Source of the DNA: Podarcis liolepis
Taxonomy: Eukaryota
DNA: 64,000 nucleotides
Assembly (NCBI GenBank): GCA_965112155.1
Contig: OZ218102.1
Reading direction: 5' to 3' (one strand)
The position numbers and the translations under genes are program-made. The stretch's first letter is position 1. The number at the start of each line of letters is the position of its first letter. Positions 26,447 to 39,326 of the stretch are shown piece by piece. The notes beneath the pieces were generated by a model. The model searched no databases, had not been told where the DNA came from, and was given only the letters and a program-made list of their open reading frames with translations.

Positions 26447-27169
26447 AAACATAATGTATACATAATGTCAATTGATCCTGTGCACTGCCAGCAGCTAGGC
26501 AAACCAGTCAAACAATACCAGTGGAAACAAGTGATAATGCAGCAACATTGGCAGGTATGCATGGAAGGAACCAATCAATGAATGCATGGTGACAGAAGAA
26601 CAAACTCAGGCCATCACCCTACACACCACATATGCAAAACAGAATGCAACTGTTAAAAGACGCCATAATACTCCTTAGGATAGACCTCCGTGGTATAGCA
26701 AACAGGAGCTATGCAACTAACAGACTTTAGGGCTATGTGCATACAGGGGTTCAAATCACCTGGCTGCAAAAACACAGTCAGAAAATAGCCATCGTTCCCC
26801 CAGGCAAACAGGTGGCTTTTCCCAATCTCCTTCCACACACATGCTCCAGATTTGTATTTTTTATTTTTGGGACTCCACATTATTTGTGATCATTGCCCTG
26901 ATGGCTAGAGCTGATGAGGGTGGTAGTCTAAGATCTCTGGGGTGCTTCAGTTTGAGGAAGGCTGATATTGAAAAACTTGCATGCCTTTGCTCTGTCAGGA
27001 AGAAGCATGATTGTAAACCCCCTTGGTGCTGCAGAGAACGGCTGGAGTCCTGTTGTAGAAGTGAAGCTGTCATGGAAACACCTCAAACAGTAGCATTGCA
27101 CTGGGGAGCAAGCTTCTGCCAGATGACAATAGCAAAGCTAAGCAGGGTTTGGTATGGTTTCAAATTGGA

Positions 27170-27267
27170 TGTGGGGCTATGTGTTGAGATTCCTGCATTG
27201 TGGGGGTTGGGGGGACTAGATGAAACTCAAACTCCCTTCCAACTCTACAATTCTATGATTCTGTGAT
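27170..27267 (+). mobile_element. CR1 3' tail fragment
   Basis: gagattcctgcattg..ggactagatga..cccttccaactctacaattctatgattctgtga. Confidence 0.75.
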
Positions 27268-30200
27268 GTACTAGGAAGATGCTAAGAAGCTGCGGGACAT
27301 ACCTGCCATGGGAAAACATTGAACTGACCACCTTTTGGCTGCCTAGCAATAACAACCCACAGTGCTACTGGATACAAAAAAATAATGAAGGTTGGAGGCA
27401 AAGGCTAATGCCTATACAGTATAGTGAAACCTTGGTTTTGGAACGTGATCCATTTGACTTCCGAAACGTTTGAAAACCGAGGATCAAAGGGAGGCCGGCA
27501 AATCAATTTTTTTAAAAATGAGAAATGCACCTCACATTCAAAAACGGAAGCAGTCACTTCCAGGTTGTCGGCGTTCAGCTGCCGAGACGTTCAACACCTG
27601 AGGTTTGAGTGTACTTGATTCACTACACATCAATGGCCTGCTGCAGGAACAAGCAAGTAAAAGACATATGTACAGACTTTATAATCCCCCAAATCACAAT
27701 TTAGCTGCATAGACCAGGACTCAATGGGCTTTGTATGGAGCAGTAGCCAGCAGTGTTGTGATAAACCAACTTGTCCTGGTTGTCCTCACTCTTGCTTTAA
27801 ATAAAAAGAAGCAGCTGGGAATTGCACTTCCTCCTTCCTGTTCCACAGCACCAACTTGTGTCCTGAGTGTCTGGGAACTTTTAACTGTTCCCTGAAGGGA
27901 GTTCTGATAGGTACCATATATCCTAATGACTGAACTACAGCATCAGCTATGCACTGGACTCTTCCTGGCAGCAAGTAGAAGGGGCATAGAATGGCTTAAG
28001 GGGCATCATCCTGGCATTTCTGCATATTGCTGCTTATTGATTAGTGCAACCATCATCAGGAGCAACATCATGGCATGTAGGTGGTGGCAGAATTGATAGA
28101 AACCCTATCAAGTCTATCATGGGCTGCTCTGTTTTCTACTTCTATTATCATGCTTTTGATAAGGGGTGGGAAGCTTGTGGTTCTCTGAATGTTGTTGGAC
28201 TCATCAGCCCCAGCCAGCATAGCCAGTGGTCAGGGATGATGGGAGTTGTAGTTCAGCACAACATCTGGAGGAACCCAGGTTCCCCATCCATGCTTTTGAC
28301 AGTGCCACTAGGAACACATAGGATCCGAACCAGATATACTACTTTAAGCTGCAAAGAAAGCAACAGCCATATTAGCTGAACCCTAGATTTGTACTGCCTG
28401 ATGCAGCAACACCAGTTGCCAAAAAAACCAAAAACTTGTGTGCAACTGTGAATATGTTAAGTGTCTGGATTTTCTTTTTAAAAACCCCATTTCAAGGAAT
28501 GCTGATCTGGATGGTTTACTAATACATAAATCTACCAGACTTGTCAGCCGAGCCTTCATCCATTATTTGCTCAGCAGTTCTGGGGAAACTGCTGAGAGAA
28601 TGAACTCAATTAAATAACAGACTAATACTGGAGACTGCTCTATTGGGCTTCGTATAACTGCACCAGCCACCTTTTAAAAAACAACAACCTGTTCCTTGGG
28701 CTGCATTTCTGAATCCAATTCCACAGCAGCATAAGAACATTAGAAGATGGCTGCTAGATTAAGGGCAAAGGCCCATCAAGCCCAACAGCCCTATTCCTAC
28801 AGTGGCCAACCAAGCTCTAAATTGGGAAAGTTACACTGGAAATATTGTCCCCCTTGTTAGGGAATTGTTGTAGGAATGAGAATCAGTTTCTACATGTAAA
28901 TATTATCCTCATTTTCCCTGGATTTTTGTCCCTGATGTGTGTCCATTAGGGATGTCAGAAAATTCTGATGGAAATGGGAGTGGAAAATCCAGTTTCATGT
29001 CCAGAACAGAAACCAATCCAGAAAATATGCAAACAATGCGTAATTTATTACATTTCTCCCCAGTTGCTTTGTGTTTCCTTTGCAATGAAGTGGGAGAATT
29101 TGAAGTTTTCTATGGCTGAGACAATTTTAATCATTTATGAATTGGAACTTTTCAGCCATTTCCCTATAATTCATTTCACAATAAAGACATTCGAGCAGCA
29201 AAATAGAGAGCTGACATTTTTGCTAACACTACAAGCCTATATAATCCCTCTGGTATTGTGGTATGTCACCCCACCCCACCCCACCCCACCAAGCAGGACT
29301 AGAATTCGCCTCCCTTCTCTTTTGGATTGTTGACAAGATTGTTTCCCCTTTGATCTGATCTGATTTTATTCATTATTCTTGACAGCGACATATACACTTT
29401 TGGGCATGAGGCCCAAGCTACACCTAAACAATCTTCACAAATGATGCTCTGAAATACCCTGAAACAGGATGTCAGTGGAAGAGGAACCACTGCATGCCAC
29501 ATGCAGCCAGCCAGCAGTAGCAAAATTAATTTTGAAACTGTACCAGAGATGCCAACTGCCTGGGAACCAAAAGCATGGAGCTACTGCAGAGGGAAAGTGA
29601 ACCTGTAGCTTTCCACATGTTACTAGTTCTTGAAGGTTCACCATCTCTGCTCTAGCACAACAAGACAATTCAATTTGGATTTTATGAACTGAAGTCTACT
29701 GAAAACTTTTATCAAAGAAGGTTTTAGATAGGGGAGAATTACTACACACACACACAAAAGAAAACACAGTTTTGAATTAGTGTACAGTTCTAAAAGAGTG
29801 TTTGACCATAAGACATTGCTGAACAAATAGACTGGCCCTAAGAATCAGGTATGTAAAGTGAGGATATGCTCTTGAGATCAGAGAGAGGGGAATGATTCAC
29901 CATACTGTATTCATTCTTAGGACACAAAGGAGTGGTTTAAAATAGAAGGTGGCAAAATGAGGTTAAGTATCGTGGACAAGCTTCCCTCCTGCAAGAATAA
30001 ATCAGCACCATAATTACCTGCCTGTGGGAAGCATGTGCAGAGCCACCTTCCTTGGAGGGGGATAAAGAAAAGCTGGAAGAAGGCACCTGTCCAGGAATGA
30101 TGCAGGTGTGGATTTTTTTCTGATCAGGAGAGAAGTTCTCACCTAATCACCCTTGGGCTCCCTTTCAGCTTAAGCTTCCACAAAGAAGAAATGTATTTCT

Positions 30201-31239
30201 AAGCTTCTGCCTTCAAGAAGTCTCTGGCACACTGAAAATTTAAGCTGTTGCTTATTAAAAATTAATTTGATCCCCTTTCTCGTTGCTAAGATACAGCCAT
30301 CAAGATGCTGCTTGCCTTTTTCACTCAGTTTGCAGAAAACTGGCCGTGGCGATAATAAAATGATCTCTTTTCCCTTGTGCGCCTATATTCCCTGCAGACA
30401 GACTTGAGGAGCAGCCTAATTTAACACTCAAGGGGCCATTCTCACAACTTCCAAGTAGCTTTCATTCCCATCGGTTCCTGCAAAAAGCAGTTGGTTAATT
30501 TTCCCTTGGAATGCAACCGTCTTGGCTACTATTGATTAGCGCTTCTGAATATTTTATTGGGAGTCTTGTTCCATTTGCCTTTCTTTAAAAAATTAAGGTT
30601 GCAATCCTATACATCCACACACTTACCTGGAAGTAAGCTGCACCAGAAACAATGAGATTTCCCTACAGATTGCACTGTGAAACTCCTTTTTAAGCCTTTG
30701 TAATTAAAAATGGGGTCAAAACCAATATAAACCTCTAGATTCTACAGCACGTAAGAATGGTACTTTCACTAGGAACTTGGCAGACATGATCTACCTGATG
30801 AGGCAGATCTACAAATGTGCCAAATTTAAAAATGATTAAATAAAAATTGCCACAGCTACCACAAGTTTTAAAATGCCCCACATTGATATGTTTTTTTATT
30901 CCAATATGAGTCCAATAACCTTTGGGCACCCACAGGCTCCCCATCTCTGCCATACACCAAAGATATTTGCAGTTGTGCACTGCCATGTGGAAAGTTCCTA
31001 GGGATGCTTTTCCACAGAGGACATGGAGACAGGAGCTATTGCAGTCCTGTTCTGTGCTGTTGCAGCAATATGGGATGCCCAGGCACTGACTCCTTATAGC
31101 ACTGCTGTCCTAGCTTCTTAACAGGCAATGCTAGCCTAGGGAGAAGCCACAGAATTGCTTTTCCCACATGACCGCCACTCCTGCAGGTGTGTTTCAGGGT
31201 ATTAGAGTTGCTACAGTAACATTCTTATAGTTGGATCAT

Positions 31240-31440
31240 GAGAGACAATGGGGTGCAGTGGTTAGGGTGCTGGATTCCAACCTGGGAGACCAGGGTTCAA
31301 AGTCCCACTCAGTCATGAAGTCCACAGACTGGGTGACTTTGGGCCAGTCACTGTCTCTCAGTCTAATGGACCTCACAGGGTTGTTGAGAGGATAAAACTG
31401 AGTGGGCTTGAACTTTCTTTGGACAAAAGCGGGATATAAT
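31240..31440 (+). mobile_element. Older Squam3/MIR-like tRNA SINE
   Basis: ggtgcagtggttagggtgctgga..gggttcaaagtccc..gggtgactttgggccagtcac..cctcacagggttgttg. Confidence 0.7.
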
Positions 31441-32249
31441 TAGTAGGATAACATAAGAAAGAGGCTTAAGTCTTTATTAAGAGAGTAGAATTTTGTCACT
31501 GAAGTTTGGACTGTATTTTTCCTTCATTGAACACAGCCCCAAAGAATTTTATTTGCATCAGGTAAAAAAACACACCACAGCCGCTTTCAAATTAATTCCA
31601 GTAAGTAATCCATTAAATAAATTACTCCCAGTGGCTAACATCTGAATGAATGGCCAAACACTTTTATCTCTTAGTTATTTGGAACAGTAAATGCACTTGA
31701 TTTTCATTTTGTTCTTCTATAGTCCAATTCCAAGAGTAATTTTTTTTTGGGTGCATAAAAAAAGGAGCAAAATGGTCGATTTTGAAGTGTTTCATTTCAG
31801 GGCTATGAATGATATTATTTCATACTGCCTTCTGTTATGACAACCCATTATTATTATTTTTTTAAAAATGTAAGTATAAATTATAGAAATAGTGGCAGAC
31901 TTTAAGCAATCTTACAATATGTATTAGGCTTGCAGAAAGTAAGCTTTGTCAGGTGTCTAGTTCTTAAGCAAGCCGCCTTCATGCATTCATGATATAAAGT
32001 AAGTTCCATAAAAGTAAGAGGCAATACACCTTTGCCAGTGCCTCAGCTTCCCACTGCTTTCATACATTGAGGATCAATGTTTGTGAAAAGGAAGCTCACA
32101 TGCATATATCTCTACAAGATCAGGAACCATGCGTGATTGAGGTTCCATATCTTGGGGAAGCCTACCCATTTGGAGGTTGTCCACACATAGCCTTTCCTTT
32201 TGCCAGTGTCCATGTATTCAACACATGGTCAAGGCAGGAAGGGGGCCAG

Positions 32250-33105
32250 AAGCTGAACATTGGAAGATTCAGGACAGCTAAAAGAAAGTTTATCATCACA
32301 CAGCACATAGTTAAACTATGGCACTTTCTCCCACATGAGGCAGCAATGACCACCAACTTGGATCACTTTAAAAGAGGAGTAGACAAATTCATGGCGGGGA
32401 AGACCCTCAGTGCCAATACTAGCCAATGCCAATACATGATCTCGACAGCATCTTAAAAAGCAGAGACATCACCTTGCCAACAAAGGTCCGTATAGTAAAA
32501 GCTATGGTTTTCCCAGTAGTGATGTATGGAAGTGAGAGCTGGACCATAAAGAAGGCTGATCGCCGAAGAATTGACTCTTTTGAATTCTGGTGCTGGAGGA
32601 GACTCTTGAGAGTCCCATGGGCTGCAAGAAGATCAAACCTATCCATTCTTAAGGAAATCAGCCCTGAGTGCTCACTGGAAGGACAGATCGTGAAGCTGAG
32701 GCTCCAATACTTTGGCCATCTCATGAGAAGAGAAGACTCCCTGGAAAAGACCCTGATGTTGGGAAAGATTGAGGACACAAGGAGAAGGGGACAACAGAGG
32801 ATGAGATGGTTGGACAGTGTTCTTGAAGCTACCAGCATGAGTTTGACCAAACTGTGGGAGGCAGTGGAAGACAGGAGTGCCTGGCGTGCTCTGGTCCATG
32901 GGGTCACGAAGAGTCGGACACGACTAAACAACTAAACAATAACAACATGCTCTGCCCCCACAACTTGAGGCAGCAGTGCTTCTGGGCACCAGTTGCTGGA
33001 AACCACAGGAGGGGAAAGTGCTCTTGTGTTTGAATCCTGCTTGGGTTGGGTTGGCCACTGTAGAACAGGATGCTAGGACATGATCCAGCTGGCTTTTGGT
33101 TCTTA
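32250..33105 (+). mobile_element. CR1 LINE 3' end (interrupted by Bov-B)
   Basis: Degenerate CR1 ORF2 C-terminus (KLNIGRFRT..TQHIVKLWHFLP..FKRGVDKFM). The 3' UTR resumes after the Bov-B copy and resembles the CR1 end at 52921-53471. Confidence 0.75.
32441..32946 (+). mobile_element. Bov-B (RTE) LINE, 5'-truncated, inserted in a CR1 3' end
   Basis: ORF 32426-32935 encodes the same Bov-B RT C-terminus. CAA-type tail; imperfect TSD acatgatct (32434-32442) / acatgctct (32945-32953). Confidence 0.95.
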
Positions 33106-33917
33106 GTAGTGCAGCACTGCTGCCTCTTGTACTCACAAAACTCCTTTCATATGAAGAACACAGGAAGTGCATCCTCAAGCAGTGGGCTGAACAGAAGAAA
33201 ACTGTTTGTGAGAGCAGAAACCAAACAAATAAAATGGCCTTATACCAAGTCAAGGCCATTGGTCAATCTAGCTCAGTATTCTCCACTCTGACATTTCTTC
33301 TTTGTAGGATTTTGGGGTAATGGTGTTGTTCTGAGCAGCAGAAACATAGACTAACAGCTTTAAGCAATTCTTTTCTTTACTCCACATGCAAGTAAAGATG
33401 TGATGAGAACCGTACTTTGTAGACAAAGTATATATATATGAACATCAACCAGTTAACATCCATGTGCAGTTTCCCTTCGAATAAAGGGCCTGAGTGGTGT
33501 GTGAGGGGCTTTCCCATAATACCCTCCGATGGGACTGTCCTGCATTGTTGCCCCCTAGGGATCTTGGCAGGCTTAGCCTGTGGTAGGCAGTGCCAGCAAC
33601 AAGGGTACCAATACACAGGCCATGTTTCGGTGTGCACTTTGGTAGATTGGAAAAACCATTTGAATTTTCTACTGCGGTCTGGAGCATCTCCAACATTTGA
33701 TGCAAAGTGAAAAGCAGGCTCCCACTGGCCACAGTCATTGAAGCATCAGAACCGAAGGCTACCAGGCAGGTGTAAAGGGGGTAGGGGGTTCTTGGTGGTT
33801 GCCCAATGATGCCAGATGCTAACAGCAGCCCTGCCTGTGAGGGCCTGTCTTCAGAAAAACATCCCAGGCCCATTATGTCAGGGGTATTTAAATAGCACCT
33901 GACATTTATATAACATG

Positions 33918-34150
33918 TTACAAGAAAGGAGATTCTGACTAAACATCAGGAAAGCTTTCTGACACTAGGAACTGTTCAACATTGAAATGATCTCCCTCAG
34001 AAGGTAGGGGATTCTCTTCCTTGGAGGTTTTTAAGCAGAAGTTGTATGGCCATCTGCCATGGATGCTTTATTTGAGATTCCCGCTTTGCAGGTGCTTGGA
34101 CTAGATGACGCTCGGGGTCCCTTCCAACTCTACAGTTCTGCGATTCATAG
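33918..34150 (+). mobile_element. CR1 LINE 3' end
   Basis: ttacaagaaaggagattctgactaaacatcagg..ggactagatgac..cccttccaactctacagttctgcgatt; homologous to the reverse complement of 15575-15800. Confidence 0.85.
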
Positions 34151-34197
34151 AAGTAAGATTGCAATTTGGTACACTGGTTTGCTGTTATTATTTTATT

Positions 34198-34198
<1 letters not shown>

Positions 34199-34236
<38 letters not shown>
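34199..34236. repeat. (CA)19 microsatellite
   Basis: Direct reading. Confidence 0.95.
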
Positions 34237-34238
<2 letters not shown>

Positions 34239-34765
34239 AAATTATTGAATTTTGCAGTTTCTTCCTTTTCTTTTCTTTTTTAAAGGGAAAAATAAGTCTC
34301 TAGCACTACCTGGGGAGATAAAAGGGAAATCATGCAGGCAGTATTCTACTCAGCTGTTCCTTCTGAAGAAACACACTTAAAACCTATTAGGCTACTGTGT
34401 TTAAAATAACTGAAGATGTATTAATTTGCATATATTTATGTTAGGACTCTTTGGCAGTGTTTCTGCATCCCACCCACTCCCCGGAGGCCCTCCTGCCAAA
34501 GGAGATCTGGCTATCAGCTTGCCTGAGATGCTCTTTGGGAAACTCTCTTAATCAGGTCTCTTTTAGAGCACAAGGCCCTGCTGGCCCATAATGGATTCCT
34601 TTATTCAGAACCCAGCTGTGCAGCACAGACACCTCTGCTCCGAGACGGCTCCTTATTTTTGAAATTTTGATCTGGTAACCCTTCTGCGCATTCTGATCAA
34701 AGGAAGCAGGATTCCTCTCCTCAGCTTTAATACTGGAGCCCAAGGTGTTTATTTTACATAAACAC

Positions 34766-34927
34766 ATCTTCACTGTCACTCAATGCTTGGCTTTGATTTG
34801 TCTCCCTTTACAGGGTCTTTTTGAAATTTTGAATTAATTCTGACTTTACTAATTCATGAAATGGAGAGAATTGACCTTAAAATGCTTCTCCCAAAGCTGA
34901 GAGGATGAAAACAAAAACAAGCCCCCA
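34766..34927 (+). repeat. 162-bp dispersed direct duplicate (copy 1)
   Basis: 156/162 identical to 43445-43606 by eye, no indels. Confidence 0.9.
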
Positions 34928-35701
34928 TTAACCACACCACTTCTGCTCTCAATTGTAACTGAAAGTCCCGTCCCCCCCAGCTGCCTTGTTGTATTAACGT
35001 TGCTGGCAGTCAGACTTCACAGTTTCCTCCCCAGAATTAAAAGTCTCCTAATATCACAGCAGCAGTGTCCCTCTAAATGCTTGGCCCTCCAGATGCTGCT
35101 GGACTACAACTCCCATCATCCCTAATGTTTGGCTGGAGCCAATGGGAGTTGGAGTACCACAATGCCCAGAGAGCCTCAGGTTTCCCCGCTCTAAGTGGGA
35201 CCTGTAACAAAATGTGGCAGTGTTATCCTCACCTTCCATCAGGAGCATTCCCTTTCAGAAATCCAGCTAGCTACACCCTATTCTGGGGATGGGGGAACCT
35301 CTGGCCCAGGAGGGCAAATTTGGCCCTCCAAACTTCTCTGTCTGGCCCTTTGGAATCTCCCAGTGATGCACATAGAGACCTATTAGCTCAGCTAACTAGC
35401 CAGTCTAGAGGCCTTCTGCCTTGTCTTGTGCTAGGAGCAGCTTTAGTCCCAAGGTTGTAAACAACATTCCTAAGTGTCTACATTTGACAATGAGACATGC
35501 TGTGCTCAAATGTGCTAACCCCCTCAGGTAGAAAGGAATGCAAAGAGACCACATGCAGCAGGGGCCACTTAGAGAGAGAGTCCTTTGTTTCCTTGCCTAA
35601 TGAATAGGTAATGAAGGAATGGTATAATTAGTATTGTGTTGTAACTTTAGATTGAAGGAAGTTTATGCATATGTATTGCTTTAACAGACAACAGCTATGT
35701 A

Positions 35702-35962
35702 CCGTATTTTCCGCTCTATAAGACGCACCAGACCACAAGACGCACCTAGTTTTTGGAGGAGGAAAAAAAGAAAAAATTAATTCTGAATCTCAGAAGCCAG
35801 AACAGCAAGAGGGATCACTGCGCAGTGAAAGCAGCAATCCCTCTTGCTGTTCTGGCTTCTGGGATAGCTGCGCAGCCTGCATTCGCTCCATAAGACACAC
35901 ACACATATTTCCCCTTACTTTTTAGGAGGGAAAAAGTGAGTCTTATAGAGCAAAAAATGCGG
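35702..35962. mobile_element. Tc2-type MITE with internal hairpin
   Basis: ta|ccgtattttccgctctataagac ... gtcttatagagcaaaaaatgcgg|ta. Confidence 0.88.
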
Positions 35963-36699
35963 TATATTAAGCAGGCCCCACCCTTTTGCGCTGGCTCAGC
36001 TTTTGGAGAGTGATCCCACTGAGCCTTTATTGCTAGCAATAAACACCCTTTGTTTTCTCACCGCCGCGTGGAGATTTCCTTCAGCCTCAAACGTCGATTT
36101 TTGCTACACCAGGGGACACTTACAAACCTTCCTAAGCCACAACCCTCAGCACCCACTTTCCTTGCGTGGCTTTGCCTGGTTGGAATGTATTCTTGTTTGC
36201 CTGGATGAAGGATAGGAAGGGTCCTGTAAGTGTGAAGAATTTAGCCAACCGTACAACAGTAAAAAAATCACATTTGTTGTTCTGTCCACCTTTGCCTCTA
36301 ACAATGCACTGTTTGTCTCTGGCCCATTCACCACTAGCATGTAGCCCTTGGAAGGCCACCCAGAAAGGAATTTGCCCACCCCACCCAAGACAAAAGAGCT
36401 TTCTCACCCCTGCAGTACTCCATACCCACCCCATCCTTTTTCTTCCCCAACTTAGCACTCCATAACTGCTTAGCATGTTCACCCAAGCACAAGGCCACAG
36501 AGGAGGGACTCCTGTTGTGGTTCCCCTCCTTGGTCTTGTTTGACCTAGTATCTGTTAGAAGAGGAGCATTGCTGGTATAGGGAGGAACCACCGTGTGGGT
36601 TCCTGACATTATCTTCACAGCATGGGGGGGGGGAGTCACACAAAAGACATGTGAGAAGGGGACTGCAGACAGCCTACTTAGGAAAAGTGATATGCATAG

Positions 36700-36995
36700 C
36701 AGACCCTCCAAGTGTCCCCACTCTCCAGGATTTACAGAAGCCATCCCGGTTTCTGATTTGATCCCAGAATGGCCCACTTTTCCTTAGGACGTCCCTATTT
36801 TCATCAGAGTAATGTTGGAGGGTATGGAGTTATCCGACCCCCAAGCCAAGGAGATTAGTATCTCTACAACCTTTAGAAGAGCTATGAAGGCAGCCCTGTA
36901 TAGGGTTTTTTTATATAATGTTTTATTTTGTTTTTATATATGTTATATATAGAAATTATTATTATTATTAAATAGTATGTCCCTATTTTCATTGG
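36700..36995 (+). mobile_element. Composite MITE plus L2-tail element (copy 1)
   Basis: cagaccctccaa..ttggagggtatg, then L2-like 3' sequence, then repeated gtccctattttcattgg; homologous to 59076-59430. Confidence 0.7.
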
Positions 36996-37317
36996 GACGC
37001 GAGTGGCGCTGTGGGTAAAAGCCTCAGTGCCTAGGGCTTGCCGATCGAAAGGTCAGCGGTTCGAATCCCCGCGGCGGGGTGCGCTCTCGTTGTTCGGTCC
37101 CAGCGCCTGCCAACCTAGCAGTTCGAAAGCACCCCCGGGTGCAAGTAGATAAATAGGGACTGCTTACTAGCAGGAAGGTAAACGGCTCTCCAGAGCAGCG
37201 ATGTCACGCTGGCCACGTGACCCGGAAGTGTCTCCGGACAGCACTGGCCCCCGGCCTCTTGAGTGAGATGGGCGCACAACCCTAGAGTCAAGACTGCCAT
37301 ATGGGCAGGGGTACCTT
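36994..37317 (+). mobile_element. Sauria SINE (Squam1)
   Basis: tRNA-like head gggacgcgagtggcgctgtgg..B box ggttcgaatccc; core ccaacctagcagttcgaaagc..gtgcaagtagataaatagg; tail gggtaccttt. TSD tattttcattgg at 36984-36995 and 37318-37329. Confidence 0.93.
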
Positions 37318-37769
37318 TATTTTCATTGGAGAATGGCATAGCATAGTGGCAGAGGATCCAATTTGCCTTCAGAAGATCCTAGGTTCTTTCACCTCTACAT
37401 ATGGTAGAGACACTTTTCTGAAACCCTAGAGAGCTGTTGCTGGTCAGCATAGTTGGTTCTGAGCTAGATGCACCAGTAGTCTTGACTTTGCATAAGGCAA
37501 TGTCTGAAGTTACCCTTCACCCCAAGTAGCCCCCACTCTGAAAGCTACTTTCCTTTCTTTCGTCTAAGAGAGAGAATTGCACATTGCAATCCATGATTAT
37601 TCACAATCAGTCGCCAGCAAGAGCATCTTGGCTTTCCATAACAAGCACGGTTTTTAGCATCCGCGTGTGAATTAAACATCTGATAGTAATGTTCCTAATA
37701 ATAATGGGTAATCGGTTTTTCTCTCAATTAGGTCTTCAGCAGAAATCAGAGTTCAGTGAGTTAGCAAAT

Positions 37770-37938
37770 GACAAGTGAGGAAGTTGTGGTTGTTGTTGTT
37801 TTTTAAACTTGGAATATAAATGACAACATTTACTGCGAGGAGGAAAGAGTTGCTGTTATTTGCTTCTCTGTCCTTGTTCTGTCAACATCTCACACAGATT
37901 TCTGGATACACACAGTGATGCATTCTGGCAGGGTAAGG
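37770..37938 (+). promoter_or_regulatory. Candidate promoter and first exon of an unidentified downstream gene
   Basis: GAGGAAGT (ETS/PU.1, 37777-84) abuts TGTGGTT (RUNX, 37785-91); TATAAA at 37815-20; donor agg|gtaagg at 37933. The surrounding sequence appears repeat-free. Confidence 0.3.
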
Positions 37939-38045
37939 AAGGGCTTTCTATTTCCTGCTGTCTGTTTTAACTTAATAATCATAGGCTGATGCTTCTGGCA
38001 TATCTAAAATAAATTAATATTGAATTAATTTGAGTCATATTTTTT

Positions 38046-38047
<2 letters not shown>

Positions 38048-38077
<30 letters not shown>
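38048..38077. repeat. (AC)15 microsatellite
   Basis: Direct reading. Confidence 0.95.
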
Positions 38078-38079
<2 letters not shown>

Positions 38080-38978
38080 AAGGAACCATTAATGCTATCT
38101 TGAAAATTTACTTTTAAAAAAGCCATTATGCTTAAATATAATTGCCTAAAGCCGAACTAAATATTACAAATGATTCTTGTGCTCTGTCCTCCCCACCACT
38201 GGTAAAATGCTTCTTCACCCATTTTGACAATACTGCAAGATTCACAACTGTTGAGCTAATTTGTTTTATTGATACATATAAAATGATCTTTTTTTATTTA
38301 AAAAAGATCCATTTTTACTGACAGTTTAAAACATAAAATGCAATAAAAACCAACTGATCTAAAGAAATTAATAGAAGAGAAGCAAGAGATGAGAATAAAG
38401 AAATAGAAAAGGAAGCAAAGAAGAAAAAAATATCTTGATCTGTTTGACAAAATAATTTATTGCACCTTTGTGTTTAAAATCTTGCTACTAGGAATTCATT
38501 TTGGGCTGTTTAATGTAGATCATGTTTAAACCGTTTTTTAAAAAAAGGGAATGTCAATTTCAAAGTTGTCATATCTGCAAAAGTGACAGCAGTTGGTCTT
38601 ATGATGAAGACGGTTTGCTAAACAACATTATTCCCAGAACATGAGCTCTTTGCTTTTCTTCTTTTCTCCTCAATTTATAGTCCACTTCTGAACATGACAA
38701 ATGAAAATGTACTTCTTAACACAATGTGTAATTAACTGGCAGAAAACACAAAAACGTCATGTGGTGAGGGCTGCTATTTTATATGGCTTTCCAAAAGATT
38801 TGACAAAGTCATGCAGGATGACTTGGGAAGAAGTCTTAAACATGACAGTTAAATTGAACAGTGACAGTTTAACTCTCATTTGCAGAGGCTGGCAAGGATA
38901 GAGGGGTGGTATATGAAATAAGGGGTGGCTATCACCATTGCAATATGCTTGTGAGCTCTGGAAGGAATCTGGCTAGTC

Positions 38979-39326
38979 TAAGGTAAAGGTACCCCTGACC
39001 GTTAGGTTCAGTCGCAGATGACTCTGGGGTTGCGGCGCTCATCTCGCTTTACTGGCTGAGGGAGCCGGCATACAGCTTCCAGGTCATGTGGCCAGCATGA
39101 CTAAACCGCTTCTGGCAAACCAGAGCAGTGCACAGAAACGCCGTTTACCTTCCCGCCGAGCGGTACCTATTTGTCTACTTGCACTTTGACATGCTTTCGA
39201 ACTCCTAGGTTGGCAGGCGCAGGGACTGAGCAATGGGAGCTCACCCCGTCACGGGGATTCGAACTGCTGACCTTCTGATTGGCAAGCCCTAGGCTCTGTG
39301 GTTTAGACCACAGCACCACCTGCGTC
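38979..39326 (-). mobile_element. Sauria SINE
   Basis: Tail aaggtaaaggt on +; reverse complement of the same core and B box (ggggattcgaac). Confidence 0.92.

Noticed and set aside
33377-33873. Overlapping ORFs up to 142 aa in GC-balanced sequence
   Set aside because: No recognisable homology or convincing splice sites. It could be an old LTR or TE interior, but I cannot support a call.
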